Part shown: positions 40,517 through 49,964 of the stretch, in pieces
How the letters are laid out: each line of letters begins with the position of its first letter
Position numbering within the stretch: position 1 is the stretch's first letter
Assembly: GCA_947259925.1 (NCBI GenBank)
Contig: CAMYOG010000017.1
Coordinates: 441 to 64,440 of the forward strand
DNA: 64,000 bases
Reading direction: 5' to 3'
From: Thermoanaerobaculia bacterium
GTDB taxonomy: Bacteria > Acidobacteriota > Thermoanaerobaculia > Multivoradales > JAHEKO01
Position numbers and translations under genes: made by a program
Notes under the pieces: generated by a model
Seen by the model: the letters and a program-made list of their open reading frames with translations, nothing else
Databases searched by the model: none
What the model was told of the DNA's origin: nothing

Positions 40517-40600
40517 CGCCCAAATGCTGTAAAGTGAGCGATTGTTCGGTTTCTTTATCCTCGACGCGCGCCATCCCGTGCACCGATTCCCCAGGAGTTA

Positions 40601-41842
40601 TCAGGGGATCGCGGAGGTCGGGATCTCGCGGAACAGGAGGCGACTCGGTTGATCGGGCTCGAGGTCGACCCAGGCGAGGTAAGCGGAATCCGCCCGGCGA
40701 ACGAGCCGCGGGAACCCGCTCGCTCTGGCGCTCGAGGTCTCCGCGACCGTCAAGGGCTCGCCGAGAGAGCCGTCGGCGGCAAGACGAACGAGCTTGACGT
40801 CGGCTCGCTCCCCCGCCCCCGTCAGCCAGCTCACCAGCGCGCCTCCGTCACCGTCGAGCACCGTGTCGACACGCCCCAGGGCTCCCTCGTCGTCGATGAT
40901 CGCCGGCTCGCCGAAGCTCGCCCCGCCGTCGCTCGACAGCGCCGCCCGCACCTGTGCTCGATCGCCGGCGGCCGTGAACCAGGCGGTCACCGCGAGGTCG
41001 CCGTCGGCGTCGGTCTCGGGCCCGTTGACCGGGCAGCCCTCGATCGTCCAGCCGTCCTGGTGGACCGCCCGCGGCGCGCTCCAACCGGTCTCGGTGCGGC
41101 TGACGAGATAGGTATCGCGGGCCTCGGTCTCGCCCCGATCCCGGTAAACGACGTACGAACCGGACGCCGAGACCCCGGCGTCCGTCGTGCAGCACTCACA
41201 GACCCGGTCGTCGAGAAGCTCGCTCTCGCCGATCCCACCGGCTCCGACCGACGCGCTCCGCACGTTCATCGGTCCGCCCTCGGCCATCTCCCGGCCGTCC
41301 AGCCAGAAAGCGCGCAGACCCTCCGCTTCGCGCACCCAGGAGACGAAGCCGTGCTCGGTGTCGGTCTCGTCGTCGTTGAGCTTGCCGATCGCCTCCCAGC
41401 TCGCCCCACCATCGGCCGACCGGGCGAGAAAGATCGAATAGGCGTAGGTCTCCTCGGCGGTCTTGGCGAGCCAGTGCGAGTAGAGAGTGCCGTCGGCCGC
41501 GCGCGCCGCGGCGGGGACGTCCGCCCAGTTGGCGAACAAGTCCCGACCCTCGGCGACCGTGACCGGCTCGCTCCAAGCACTGTCGACGAGCTGGGCGACC
41601 CGCAATCGATGGCCGTCCGCGCGCGTCTCCCCGAGTGGCTCGAGCCAGGTGAGGATCAGGCCGACCTCGTCGGCCCATAGCTCCGGGGCGAACGCACCGT
41701 CGATCGCCGGCGGATCGGCCTGATGCACCACCGGCAGCTCGGCAACCGCCGAGTCGGTCCGCTCTGATGCGGGGTCACCGCCGTCGCAGCCTCCGGCGAC
41801 CGCCAGGAGGGCGATCAGGAGGACCCTCGCTCTCGTCTTCAT
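40601..41842 (-). CDS. lipoprotein with BNR/sialidase-like beta-propeller repeats
   Basis: Lipobox LAVAGGC. Repeated S-x-D-G-G-x-S/W motifs (SADGGASW, SSDGGASF). Confidence 0.45.
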   Translation of the reverse strand: MKTRARVLLIALLAVAGGCDGGDPASERTDSAVAELPVVHQADPPAIDGAFAPELWADEVGLILTWLEPLGETRADGHRLRVAQLVDSAWSEPVTVAEGRDLFANWADVPAAARAADGTLYSHWLAKTAEETYAYSIFLARSADGGASWEAIGKLNDDETDTEHGFVSWVREAEGLRAFWLDGREMAEGGPMNVRSASVGAGGIGESELLDDRVCECCTTDAGVSASGSYVVYRDRGETEARDTYLVSRTETGWSAPRAVHQDGWTIEGCPVNGPETDADGDLAVTAWFTAAGDRAQVRAALSSDGGASFGEPAIIDDEGALGRVDTVLDGDGGALVSWLTGAGERADVKLVRLAADGSLGEPLTVAETSSARASGFPRLVRRADSAYLAWVDLEPDQPSRLLFREIPTSAIP

Positions 41843-44388
41843 TCCATTCCCTTCACGATCAGCAGCTCCGAGAGACGCCGCGGGTAGCCGTAGACGTACC
41901 CGTCTCCGTTCGAGGTGACGGCGATCGGACCGATGTCGACGGCACCGGCGGTGTCGGTGGGCTCCAGCGATGTGAACCTCTCACTGGCTCCCGTGCTCAG
42001 CTCTACGCGACGAATCTCCAGCGGCATCTGACCCCACTTGTAGGTAAAGAGGAAGCGGCCGTCCGCGGACCACTGAACCGGTTGCTCGTCCAGCCCCGGA
42101 ATCGGAACCGGCTCGCCCCCGTCCAGGGGCAAGACGACCGTGCCGCCTCGGGCGAGCTGGACGGCGATCCGCTCGCCGTCGGGCGAGACCGCGACGAAGC
42201 CCCAGCGGACCTCTTCCGGGGTGATGCGCTCGACCTCACCCGTCTCCAGCTCGACCTGAAAGACGTGCGGCGCCCCCTCGGGCGTGTCCGCGTTCAGGAA
42301 AAGGCGCCTACCGTCCGGCGACCACGTGCCGAAGTTGGCTCGCGCGATACCCGTTCCGGCGAGGTCGATCGTGCGCCGTTCGCCGGGACCGGTGGGAATC
42401 AGGACCAATTCAGTTGCCTGCCACGGGAGGATCGAAAGCGCCTGCGTCCCATCGGGCGAGATCGCCACGGCGAAACCGTCCCCCAGGATGATCGGTGGCT
42501 CGCCGTCGAAGCCACGCAGGGCGACGGTGCAATCGGCAGTGAGACACTCGTTGAAGAGCACGCTCGAGCCGTCTGGAGAGATCGCGAAGGGCAGCGAATA
42601 GGAGAGCCAGCTCAGATCTCGCTCGGAATCGGCACCCGGGGCCTTGCCGGCCATCTCCCAGCGGGACGGCTCGACCGCCAGAAGAACGCGGCCGTCCGGA
42701 GCGACGTCGTGCAGGACCACACGTTGGGGGAAGGTCGCGACCAGCCGCTCGTTCCCATCGAGGTCGACCGCGACGATGCTGGCCTCGCGGGCGAACCAGA
42801 TCTCCCGCCCGTCAGGCGACCAGGCCAGGCCCTGGAGATTCCCGCTGAGCCCGAGCCGGCGCAGCGAGCCGTCGGCGTCCATGATGACGATCGGTCCGAA
42901 ATTCGTGGCGCGGTGACCGACCTCGACGAACGCGAAACGCCGGCCGTCCGGCGACGCCCGCAGATCCCAGATCATGCCTCTCGTGGCGTACCGGCGCCGG
43001 CCGGGGGGTGACTCGAGGACGGCCTCTCGATCGATGTCCCGAACCACCGCCAGCACCTCGCCCTCGGGTCCCCAGGCCGCTTCCGAGATCGACTCCTCGA
43101 GGGCACGAGGCGCTCCGGTGACCGGCATGCGCGAGAGCGTGCCCGTGCGCAGGAAGGGTCCGTCCGTCTGACGGTCACCACTGAGCAGCAGCTCGCGCTG
43201 CCGCGACACGGCCAAAAGCACGCTGTCGGGGGGACCGACGACGATCGGATCGGGAGTTCCGGGTGTCGCGAGATAGAGGCGGCTCGGCTCTCCGTCCCAG
43301 GATGCGCTGTAGATGACCGACTCGCCGTCCGGATCGAAGCGCGCCGCACTCACCGTGCCGCGGCGGTGGGTGACTCGCTCGAAGTCGAGATGCGCTGCTC
43401 GCCCGGTCCGGTCCGGGGCGAGCAGCCAGACGGCGGCGGCGGTCGCGGCGACCAGGGCCAACGTCGCGAGGGCGAACGGCAGGGCGGGCGTACGCGGCCG
43501 ATCGCTGGAATCGGCAGGCGTCGTCAGCTCCCGATGACGGTCGCGCAGGGTCGCCAGGTCGCGCGCCAGATCGGAGGTCGATGCGAAGCGCTGTTCGGGC
43601 TCCTTGGCGAGACATCGCTCGACGATCCAATGCAGCGGTGGTGGTGCCGAGGTCGTCGATCGGTCCAAGGGCTCCGGATCTTCTTTGAGGATCGCGGTCA
43701 TCGCCTCCGGCGCCGTCTCCCTTCCGAACGGGTGCCGACCGGCGAGCATCTCGTAGAGCATGATCCCCAGCGCGAATTGATCCGCATGATGATCCACGGG
43801 CCGGCCAGCCACCTGCTCCGGTGCCATACAGGCCGCCGTGCCGAGCACCGACTCGGGAGCCGTCATGGCGGTAAGCGTCGGCGACACGCTCTCGTCGGCG
43901 CCCACCCGGCCGGTGAACTTGGCCAGGCCGAAGTCGAGGATCTTCACCTGGCCGTGGCTCGAGACCATGACGTTCTCGGGCTTCAGATCGCGGTGGACGA
44001 CCCCTTCCTCGTGCGCCGCGGCGAGGCCTGCCGCGATCTGGGCGCCGTAGGAGAGGGTGTCCGCCAGTGACAGGCGCTTGGATTTCAGCTGCTCTCGCAG
44101 GGTGGTCCCGTCGAGGAACTCGCAGACCAGGTAGGGCGCGCCCTCGTGGCTCCCGATGTCGTGAATCGCCAGCAGATTGGGATGGTTGAGGCGGCCCACC
44201 GCCCGGGCCTCGCGCTCCATCCGCTGCACCCGGCTGGGGTCGTCGGCGACTTCCGGCGGCAGCACCTTGACCGCCACTTCACGGTCGAGCTGCGGGTCAC
44301 GGGCCCGATAGACCTCGCCCATGCCGCCCGCATCGATGAAGTCGAGAATCTCGAGGCGGCCGAGCTTGCTTCCGGGCTTGAGGCTCAT
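41839..44388 (-). CDS. Ser/Thr protein kinase with TM segment and C-terminal TolB-like (PD40/WD40) beta-propeller
   Basis: GGMGEVYRA...VAVKVL, HRDLKPENVMV, DFGLAK, APE. A TM helix ~ALPFALATLALVAATAAAVWLL. Repeated PD40-like blocks (SPDG..). Confidence 0.8.
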   Translation of the reverse strand: MSLKPGSKLGRLEILDFIDAGGMGEVYRARDPQLDREVAVKVLPPEVADDPSRVQRMEREARAVGRLNHPNLLAIHDIGSHEGAPYLVCEFLDGTTLREQLKSKRLSLADTLSYGAQIAAGLAAAHEEGVVHRDLKPENVMVSSHGQVKILDFGLAKFTGRVGADESVSPTLTAMTAPESVLGTAACMAPEQVAGRPVDHHADQFALGIMLYEMLAGRHPFGRETAPEAMTAILKEDPEPLDRSTTSAPPPLHWIVERCLAKEPEQRFASTSDLARDLATLRDRHRELTTPADSSDRPRTPALPFALATLALVAATAAAVWLLAPDRTGRAAHLDFERVTHRRGTVSAARFDPDGESVIYSASWDGEPSRLYLATPGTPDPIVVGPPDSVLLAVSRQRELLLSGDRQTDGPFLRTGTLSRMPVTGAPRALEESISEAAWGPEGEVLAVVRDIDREAVLESPPGRRRYATRGMIWDLRASPDGRRFAFVEVGHRATNFGPIVIMDADGSLRRLGLSGNLQGLAWSPDGREIWFAREASIVAVDLDGNERLVATFPQRVVLHDVAPDGRVLLAVEPSRWEMAGKAPGADSERDLSWLSYSLPFAISPDGSSVLFNECLTADCTVALRGFDGEPPIILGDGFAVAISPDGTQALSILPWQATELVLIPTGPGERRTIDLAGTGIARANFGTWSPDGRRLFLNADTPEGAPHVFQVELETGEVERITPEEVRWGFVAVSPDGERIAVQLARGGTVVLPLDGGEPVPIPGLDEQPVQWSADGRFLFTYKWGQMPLEIRRVELSTGASERFTSLEPTDTAGAVDIGPIAVTSNGDGYVYGYPRRLSELLIVKGME

Positions 44389-44457
44389 CGACCTTCGAGG
44401 TCCGACTCGGTACCGAGGAGCGACGCTAGGAACCGGCTGGGCCGGAGAGGCAAGTCA

Positions 44458-45084
44458 CTACCCGGCGGTGATCACGCCACAGGCGATCCGGCCGCCCGCG
44501 GCTCCAGTCGGCTGCGACATCAGGTCGTCGGTTCCCTCGTGGAGGATGACGCCACGACCGAGGACCGAGGTCGGCTCGCCCGCGACGAGGGTGATGAGGT
44601 CGCTCGTCAGCTCGAGCGTGCCGCTGCCGTCCTCACCGATCTCGATGTTGCCGAGATCCCCCGCATGGCGCTCGGAGTCCGCCGGCCCGCCGTGCGGAAC
44701 TCCGGCCGGATTGAAGTGCCCACCCGCGGAGGTGAAGTCCTCGGCGCTGCAATCGCCCACTTCGTGAATGTGGAGGCCGCGGCTGCCCACCGGTGCGCCC
44801 TGGATCGAGGCGGTGATCGTCACCGGCCCGTCGCTCTCCATCTGCTCGAAGGCGACGCTGCCACTGACGCTGAAGCCCTCGCGCGACTGGAGGCTCGCCG
44901 AGGCAGTGAGCATCTCGTGCATCGAGTGGTCCTCTGCCATCGGCTCCGGCTCGGGTGCGGCCGCTTCTCGCGCCTCCTCACCACCGCCACAGCCGATCAG
45001 CACGGCTACTCCCAGGATCAAGATCAGACCGATTCTCTGTAGACGCATCGCAAGCCTCCTAGTGCGCTTGACGTTCCTTGGCAA
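44458..45084 (-). CDS. sodC: Cu/Zn superoxide dismutase (lipoprotein)
   Basis: GLHIHEVGDCS...GGHFNP...HAGDLGNI...GRGVILHEGTDD...GGRIACGVI. Confidence 0.8.
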   Translation of the reverse strand: MPRNVKRTRRLAMRLQRIGLILILGVAVLIGCGGGEEAREAAAPEPEPMAEDHSMHEMLTASASLQSREGFSVSGSVAFEQMESDGPVTITASIQGAPVGSRGLHIHEVGDCSAEDFTSAGGHFNPAGVPHGGPADSERHAGDLGNIEIGEDGSGTLELTSDLITLVAGEPTSVLGRGVILHEGTDDLMSQPTGAAGGRIACGVITAG

Positions 45085-45122
45085 AGAGCGCCAAGTCTAT
45101 ACCGGCGGACCGTTGCGCGACC

Positions 45123-45830
45123 CTACTCGTCACCGACCAGGCCCACCAGCGTCATTCGCAGCCGTCCGAGCGCCTGATGGAAGACGATCTCGACCGGCAC
45201 CGCCGCCTCGTCGTCGGTGAGCCAGAGCTCGGCCCGCGCCTTCCAGTAGTTCTGCCCGGGCTCCTTGATGCCGCGGATCGCCAGATGCCGCACCGTCACC
45301 CCGGCGCCGTTGACCTCGCGGCGCTCGCGAGTCCCGGCAGTCGAGACCGCTACCGGGTAGACCTTGCGATTGGACCAGATCAGGTGGCGGCCGCTGCCGT
45401 CGTTCGGAAGATAGCGCAGCCGTTGCAGCCCCGACAGGACGTCGATGACCTCGAGATCCGTGAGCTCGACCGTCTTGGTCTTGTGCTTCTTCTTGTAGTG
45501 GAGCGTCTCGGTCACCCGGAGCGAGCGCCAGGCTCCAGGATCGACCTCGGTCTCGTATTTCCAGTACTCGTCCGGAGCGGCCTTCTCCGAAGTGCCGGTG
45601 AACGCGACCTCGAGGCGATCGCTCGATACGAGATCGAGCGCGATCACCGCATCGCCGGTGGTCGGCAGGCGGGTCAGGAGCCGGGCGAGGACGCTGCTGA
45701 GCCCTTCGAGCCGCCAGCGGTAGTGAAGCTCTTGCGAGCGCAGCCCCGGCGGAAGCTCCTGCGCCAGACCGATCGAGCCACCCATCGACACCATCACCAG
45801 AAGCGATCCCACCAGGAATCGCCGCAACAC
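45123..45830 (-). CDS. DUF3108-like secreted protein. GTG start chosen downstream of the repeat element.
   Basis: Signal peptide VLRRFLVGSLLVMVSMGGSIGLAQE. The longer ORF to 46142 reads through the MITE-like repeats. Confidence 0.45.
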   Translation of the reverse strand: MLRRFLVGSLLVMVSMGGSIGLAQELPPGLRSQELHYRWRLEGLSSVLARLLTRLPTTGDAVIALDLVSSDRLEVAFTGTSEKAAPDEYWKYETEVDPGAWRSLRVTETLHYKKKHKTKTVELTDLEVIDVLSGLQRLRYLPNDGSGRHLIWSNRKVYPVAVSTAGTRERREVNGAGVTVRHLAIRGIKEPGQNYWKARAELWLTDDEAAVPVEIVFHQALGRLRMTLVGLVGDE

Positions 45831-45840
45831 CCTCGAGATC

Positions 45841-45976
45841 CGGTGACAGGATAGGTATCTCCCGTCCTGCCCGCCCGGCCGAGAAAGTGGAGATCGGTAT
45901 CCTGTCACCGTATCTCCCTGCATCTCCCGGTCACTACGTCTCGAGATCGGTATCCTGTCACCGGATCTCGTTTTTT
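45841..45976. repeat. second locus of the GGTGACAGGATACC MITE-like family (one forward, two inverted copies, ending in TTTTTT)
   Basis: CGGTGACAGGATAGGTATCTCCC; GGAGATCGGTATCCTGTCACCG; GAGATCGGTATCCTGTCACCGGATCTCG, then TTTTTT at 45971-45976. Confidence 0.7.
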
Positions 45977-46026
45977 CTGCTGCTAGACTCCCGACTCTCC
46001 CAGGCAGGTCCGGTTCGGAGGCTCTC

Positions 46027-48681
46027 ATGCTCAGGCAGGTTTCGATATCGATCCTTCCACTCTTGCTCTGCGTCGGCGCGCTCTCGGCACAGCCGCCGAC
46101 GCCGGAGGAGTTCCTCGGCCACCGGGTGGGCGCCGACCGCAAGCTCGCACCCTACACCCGGGTGCTCGAGTACCTGCGGGTGGTCGCCGAGGCGTCCGAC
46201 CGGGTATCGATCGAGCCCGCCGGCACCTCGACCCTGGGCAACGAGATCGTGACCGTCGTCCTGACCTCGGCTACCAACCAGGAGAACCTCGACCGCTACC
46301 GGGAGATCTCGCGGCTCCTGGCCAATCCCGATCGACTGACCGACGGCGAGGCGCGTGACCTTCTCGACGAGGGCAAGACGATCGCCCTCGTCACCTGCAC
46401 GATCCATTCGACAGAGGTCGGCGCGACCCAGATGGCGATGGAGTTCGTGCACGACTTCGCCACCACCGAGGATCCCGATCGCCTCGCCTGGATGGAGGAC
46501 GTGATCCTGCTCCTCATGCCGTCGATCAACCCCGACGGCCAGGTGATGATCGTCGACTGGTACAACAAGCAGCTCGGCACAGACTTCGAGGGTGGGCGGA
46601 TGCCGTGGCTCTACCACCACTACATCGGCCACGACAACAACCGCGACTTCTACATGCTCACCCAGAAGGAGACCCGGGCGGTCAACGACCTCCTCTACCA
46701 CCGCTGGTTTCCGCAGGTGTTCGTCGACGAGCACCAGATGGGCTCGACCGGCGCGCGCATGTTCGTGCCGCCGCAGACCGATCCGCTGGCGCCCGAGGTG
46801 CACTCGCTGATCTTCCGCCAAGCCGATCTGATCGGCACGATCATGTCGTTCCGGCTCGAGGAGGCGGGCAAGACCGGCGTCGGCCACAACATGATCTTCG
46901 ACAGCTACTGGCCCGGCGGCACCCGCAACACCGCCTGGTGGAAGAACGTCACCGGCCTCTTGACCGAGGTGGCGAGCGCGCGGCTGGCGACCCCGATCTA
47001 CGTCGACCCGGGCGAGCTGCGCGGCGGCCGCAAGGGCCTCCCCGAGTACAAGCGCCGCGCCAACTTCCCCTCGCCCTGGCCGGGCGGCTGGTGGCGGCTG
47101 CGCGACATCGTCGAGTACGAGCTGATCGCCACCTGGGCGATCGTCGAGTCGGGATCGCTCTATCAGCGCGAGATTCTCAAGAACTTCCTGCGCATGAACC
47201 GTGAGGCGATCGCCGTCGGCTCCGAGGAGTCGCCCTCGGGCTGGATCGTCTCGCCCGATCAGCACGATCCGGTAGCGGCCGCCACGCTGGTCGAGCTCCT
47301 CTTGCGGCATGGCGTGCGGATCGTCCGCACCGACGAGGAAGTGACCCTGGGCCGGACCACCTATCCGCCGGGCACCCACATCATTCCAGCCGCCCAGCCC
47401 TACCGGGCGTTTCTCCTGACCATGCTGCGCCCGCAGCGCTACCCGGAAGTTCGCGCCTACACCGACGGGCCGATCCTGCCGCCCTACGACGTCACCGCCT
47501 GGTCGCTGCCAATCCTGATGGGGGTCGAGGTCGAAGAGACCGACAAGCCGCTGCCCGAGGCGGTGACCCGGATCGACGCCCCGACCTGGCCCGGAGGTCT
47601 GACCTCGACGGCGGGGTTAGCTTCGCCTTCCGGCTCGCTGGCGAGTCCTACTGATTCGAACGGAGCGCTGCAAGGGGAGGGCTCTCCCCTTGCTCCGAAG
47701 GCGTATCTGATCTCCCATGCTGCCGACACCGCCTACACCGCCATGAACCGGCTGCTCGCCCGGGGTCACGAGGTCCGCTGGCTGACCGAGGCGGTCGAGG
47801 GCGGCGCCGTCGGCGACATCTACGTACCGGCCGATCGGCTGAGCGTCGAGGAGATGAGCGCGCTCTCGACCGAGCTCCATCTGCCGATCCGTGCCCTCGA
47901 GGCCGCACCCGAGGTCGGGAGCCTCGTGGCCCGAGCCGCCAACGTCGGACTCTTCAAGCCGTGGGTCGCCAGCATGGACGAGGGCTGGACCCGATTCCTG
48001 CTCGAGCGGTACGAGTTCCCGCACGAGAACCTGCACAACGAAGATGTGCGGGACGGCTCCTTCAAGGGGATCGACGTCCTCCTCCTGCCCGACGTGGCCA
48101 AGACGATCATCGAGAGCGGCGAGCCGGGGCCGAACCGGCGACGGTTCTTCAGCCCGTTGCCACCCGAATACGCCGGAGGCATCGGCCTCGAAGGGGGTGA
48201 AGCGATCAGGGAGTGGGTCGAAGAGGGCGGCACCGTGGTGGCGCTCGACAGCTCGACCGAGTACCTGATCGATCTCTTCCAGCTGCCGGTGACCAACGTC
48301 CTGAACGGCGAGGACAAGAACGACTTCGACTGCCCGGGCTCGATGTTGAGGCTCTTGATCGACACCGATCACCCGCTCGGCTACGGCCTGCGCCCGGAAG
48401 AAGCCGGCTACTTCGCGACCTCGCCCGCGTTCCGGACCTCCCTACCCGACGCGCGCTTCGATCGCCGGGTCGTCGCCCGCTACCCGGACCACCGGGACGA
48501 CATTCTGGTCAGCGGCTATCTCAAAGGCGGCGAGAAGCTGGAGCGCCGCGCGGCGGTCGTCGAGTTCGAGGTCGGCAAGGGCAAGCTGATCCTGATCGGC
48601 TTCCGGGCGCAACACCGGGCGCAGCCGCACCGGACGTTCAAGCTGCTGTTCAACGCGTTGTACGAGCTCGCGGCCTCGTAG
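46027..48681 (+). CDS. secreted M14-family zinc carboxypeptidase-like protein (884 aa)
   Basis: Signal peptide. M14 core ...ALVTCTIHSTEVGATQM...PSINPDGQ...HHYIGHDNNRDF.... Large C-terminal extension. Confidence 0.7.
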   Translation: MLRQVSISILPLLLCVGALSAQPPTPEEFLGHRVGADRKLAPYTRVLEYLRVVAEASDRVSIEPAGTSTLGNEIVTVVLTSATNQENLDRYREISRLLANPDRLTDGEARDLLDEGKTIALVTCTIHSTEVGATQMAMEFVHDFATTEDPDRLAWMEDVILLLMPSINPDGQVMIVDWYNKQLGTDFEGGRMPWLYHHYIGHDNNRDFYMLTQKETRAVNDLLYHRWFPQVFVDEHQMGSTGARMFVPPQTDPLAPEVHSLIFRQADLIGTIMSFRLEEAGKTGVGHNMIFDSYWPGGTRNTAWWKNVTGLLTEVASARLATPIYVDPGELRGGRKGLPEYKRRANFPSPWPGGWWRLRDIVEYELIATWAIVESGSLYQREILKNFLRMNREAIAVGSEESPSGWIVSPDQHDPVAAATLVELLLRHGVRIVRTDEEVTLGRTTYPPGTHIIPAAQPYRAFLLTMLRPQRYPEVRAYTDGPILPPYDVTAWSLPILMGVEVEETDKPLPEAVTRIDAPTWPGGLTSTAGLASPSGSLASPTDSNGALQGEGSPLAPKAYLISHAADTAYTAMNRLLARGHEVRWLTEAVEGGAVGDIYVPADRLSVEEMSALSTELHLPIRALEAAPEVGSLVARAANVGLFKPWVASMDEGWTRFLLERYEFPHENLHNEDVRDGSFKGIDVLLLPDVAKTIIESGEPGPNRRRFFSPLPPEYAGGIGLEGGEAIREWVEEGGTVVALDSSTEYLIDLFQLPVTNVLNGEDKNDFDCPGSMLRLLIDTDHPLGYGLRPEEAGYFATSPAFRTSLPDARFDRRVVARYPDHRDDILVSGYLKGGEKLERRAAVVEFEVGKGKLILIGFRAQHRAQPHRTFKLLFNALYELAAS
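47613..47696. repeat. ~84-bp GC-rich palindromic repeat element in-frame inside the M14 peptidase gene (encodes GLASPSGSLASPTDSNGALQGEGSPLAPK)
   Basis: GGGGTTAGCTTCGCCTTCCGGCTCGCTGGCGAGTCCTACTGATTCGAACGGAGCGCTGCAAGGGGAGGGCTCTCCCCTTGCTCC, homologous to 36137-36220. Confidence 0.7.
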
Positions 48682-48691
48682 TCCGAGCGAA

Positions 48692-48810
48692 CTACCCGCC
48701 TGTACCCCCAAACGGATCCCGGCTCGACAACCCGCTGAACCGCGCGAAGTCCCGGTCCAACGTCAGGAGCTCGCGCACGCCGTGCTCGATGCAGAGCGCC
48801 GCGATGGGCA
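48692..48810 (-). pseudogene. remnant of a PIN-domain (VapC-like) toxin gene, C-terminal ~35 codons only
   Basis: ...PIAALCIEHGVRELLTLDRDFARF resembles a VapC C-terminus. No N-terminal PIN residues and no antitoxin. Confidence 0.3.
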
Positions 48811-49120
48811 TGGCAATCCTGCTTGGGTTTCTGCGATCCGAATAGCGCGAGCTGTCCGCTCGGCGTGATCGAGGGCCCTCGGCGCTACCGGCTCTGATCG
48901 GGGACGCCTTCCTGTACACGGTGTCCGTCGAAGCGCGAGCGAAGTGAGGTCAGAAACCGGTCGGGCGTCGCGCCCCCCGCCTCTCCAGGTGGCGCGTCCG
49001 CCGGGGCGCCGGGTGTAGACAGGAGGGTGGTCGATCGCGGCACGCGGCTGGTGGCCACGATGCCAGACCCGTGAACGTCGGCTCGCCCCGCCGCCAGCGA
49101 CGACCGAGGAGGTGCTGCCC

Positions 49121-49951
49121 ATGATCGAGCTTCCGGAGGCCTTTGTCCTCTCGAGCCAGATCGCGGCGAAGCTGACCGGCAAGGAGGTCGATGACGTAAC
49201 GGTCCTCCAGTCACCGCACAAGTTCGCCTGGTTTCACGGCGAGCCGGAGGAGTACCCGGAACGGCTGCGCAGAAAGAGAGTCACCGGCGCGGAGGCCCAC
49301 GGCGGCATGGTGCAGATCCGTCTGGGAGAGACCTCGCTCGTCTTCCAGGACGGCCCCAGCCTGCGCTACGCGACCGAGCCTGGCTCCCTGCCCAAGAAGC
49401 ATCAGCTCCTGCTGGAGTTCACCGACGCCTCGCTTCTGTGCGTGAGCATTCGCATGTACGGCGGCATCGCCTGCTTCGAGGGGACGGATTGGGACAACGA
49501 CTACTACCGTCCGGCCCGAGAGAAGCCCTCGCCGCTCGGCGAGGAGTTCACGCGTGGTTACTTCGAGACCCTTTGCGACCTACCCGACTTCGACAAGCTG
49601 AGCGCCAAGGCGTTTCTGGCCACCAAGCAGCGGGTCCCCGGCCTCGGCAACGGCGTCCTGCAGGACATCCTGTTCAACGCGGAGGTCCACCCGAAGCGCA
49701 AGATGGGCACTCTCTCCTTGGCTGGATTGGACCGACTCTTCTCCGCTACCAGAAGCACGCTGCGGGCGATGGCCGACGGCGGCGGCAGGGACACCGAGCC
49801 GGATCTCTTCGGCGAGCCGGGCGGCTACGCGACGATTCTCAGCCGGAAGACCGTCGGTACCCCTTGCCCTCGATGCGCGGCCGAGATCGAGAAGGCGGCC
49901 TACGCCGGCGGAAGCATCTACTTCTGCGCCGCGTGTCAGTCCGTCGGGTGA
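49121..49951 (+). CDS. Fpg/Nei-family DNA glycosylase homologue (H2TH + C4 zinc finger) lacking the N-terminal Pro nucleophile
   Basis: MIELPEAF in place of MPELPEVE. ...VPGLGNGVLQDILFNAEVHP... (H2TH). CPRCAAEIEKAAYAGGSIYFCAACQ (Cx2Cx16Cx2C). AGGAGG lies 9 nt upstream of the ATG. Confidence 0.7.
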   Translation: MIELPEAFVLSSQIAAKLTGKEVDDVTVLQSPHKFAWFHGEPEEYPERLRRKRVTGAEAHGGMVQIRLGETSLVFQDGPSLRYATEPGSLPKKHQLLLEFTDASLLCVSIRMYGGIACFEGTDWDNDYYRPAREKPSPLGEEFTRGYFETLCDLPDFDKLSAKAFLATKQRVPGLGNGVLQDILFNAEVHPKRKMGTLSLAGLDRLFSATRSTLRAMADGGGRDTEPDLFGEPGGYATILSRKTVGTPCPRCAAEIEKAAYAGGSIYFCAACQSVG

Positions 49952-49964
49952 CGCGGCGCCGGAG

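Noticed and set aside
45831-46142. N-terminal 104 codons of the DUF3108 ORF
   Set aside because: They translate the MITE-like repeats. A good signal peptide begins at the downstream GTG.
48850-49110. Possible vapB remnant next to the vapC fragment
   Set aside because: No frame gives a recognisable antitoxin-like sequence.
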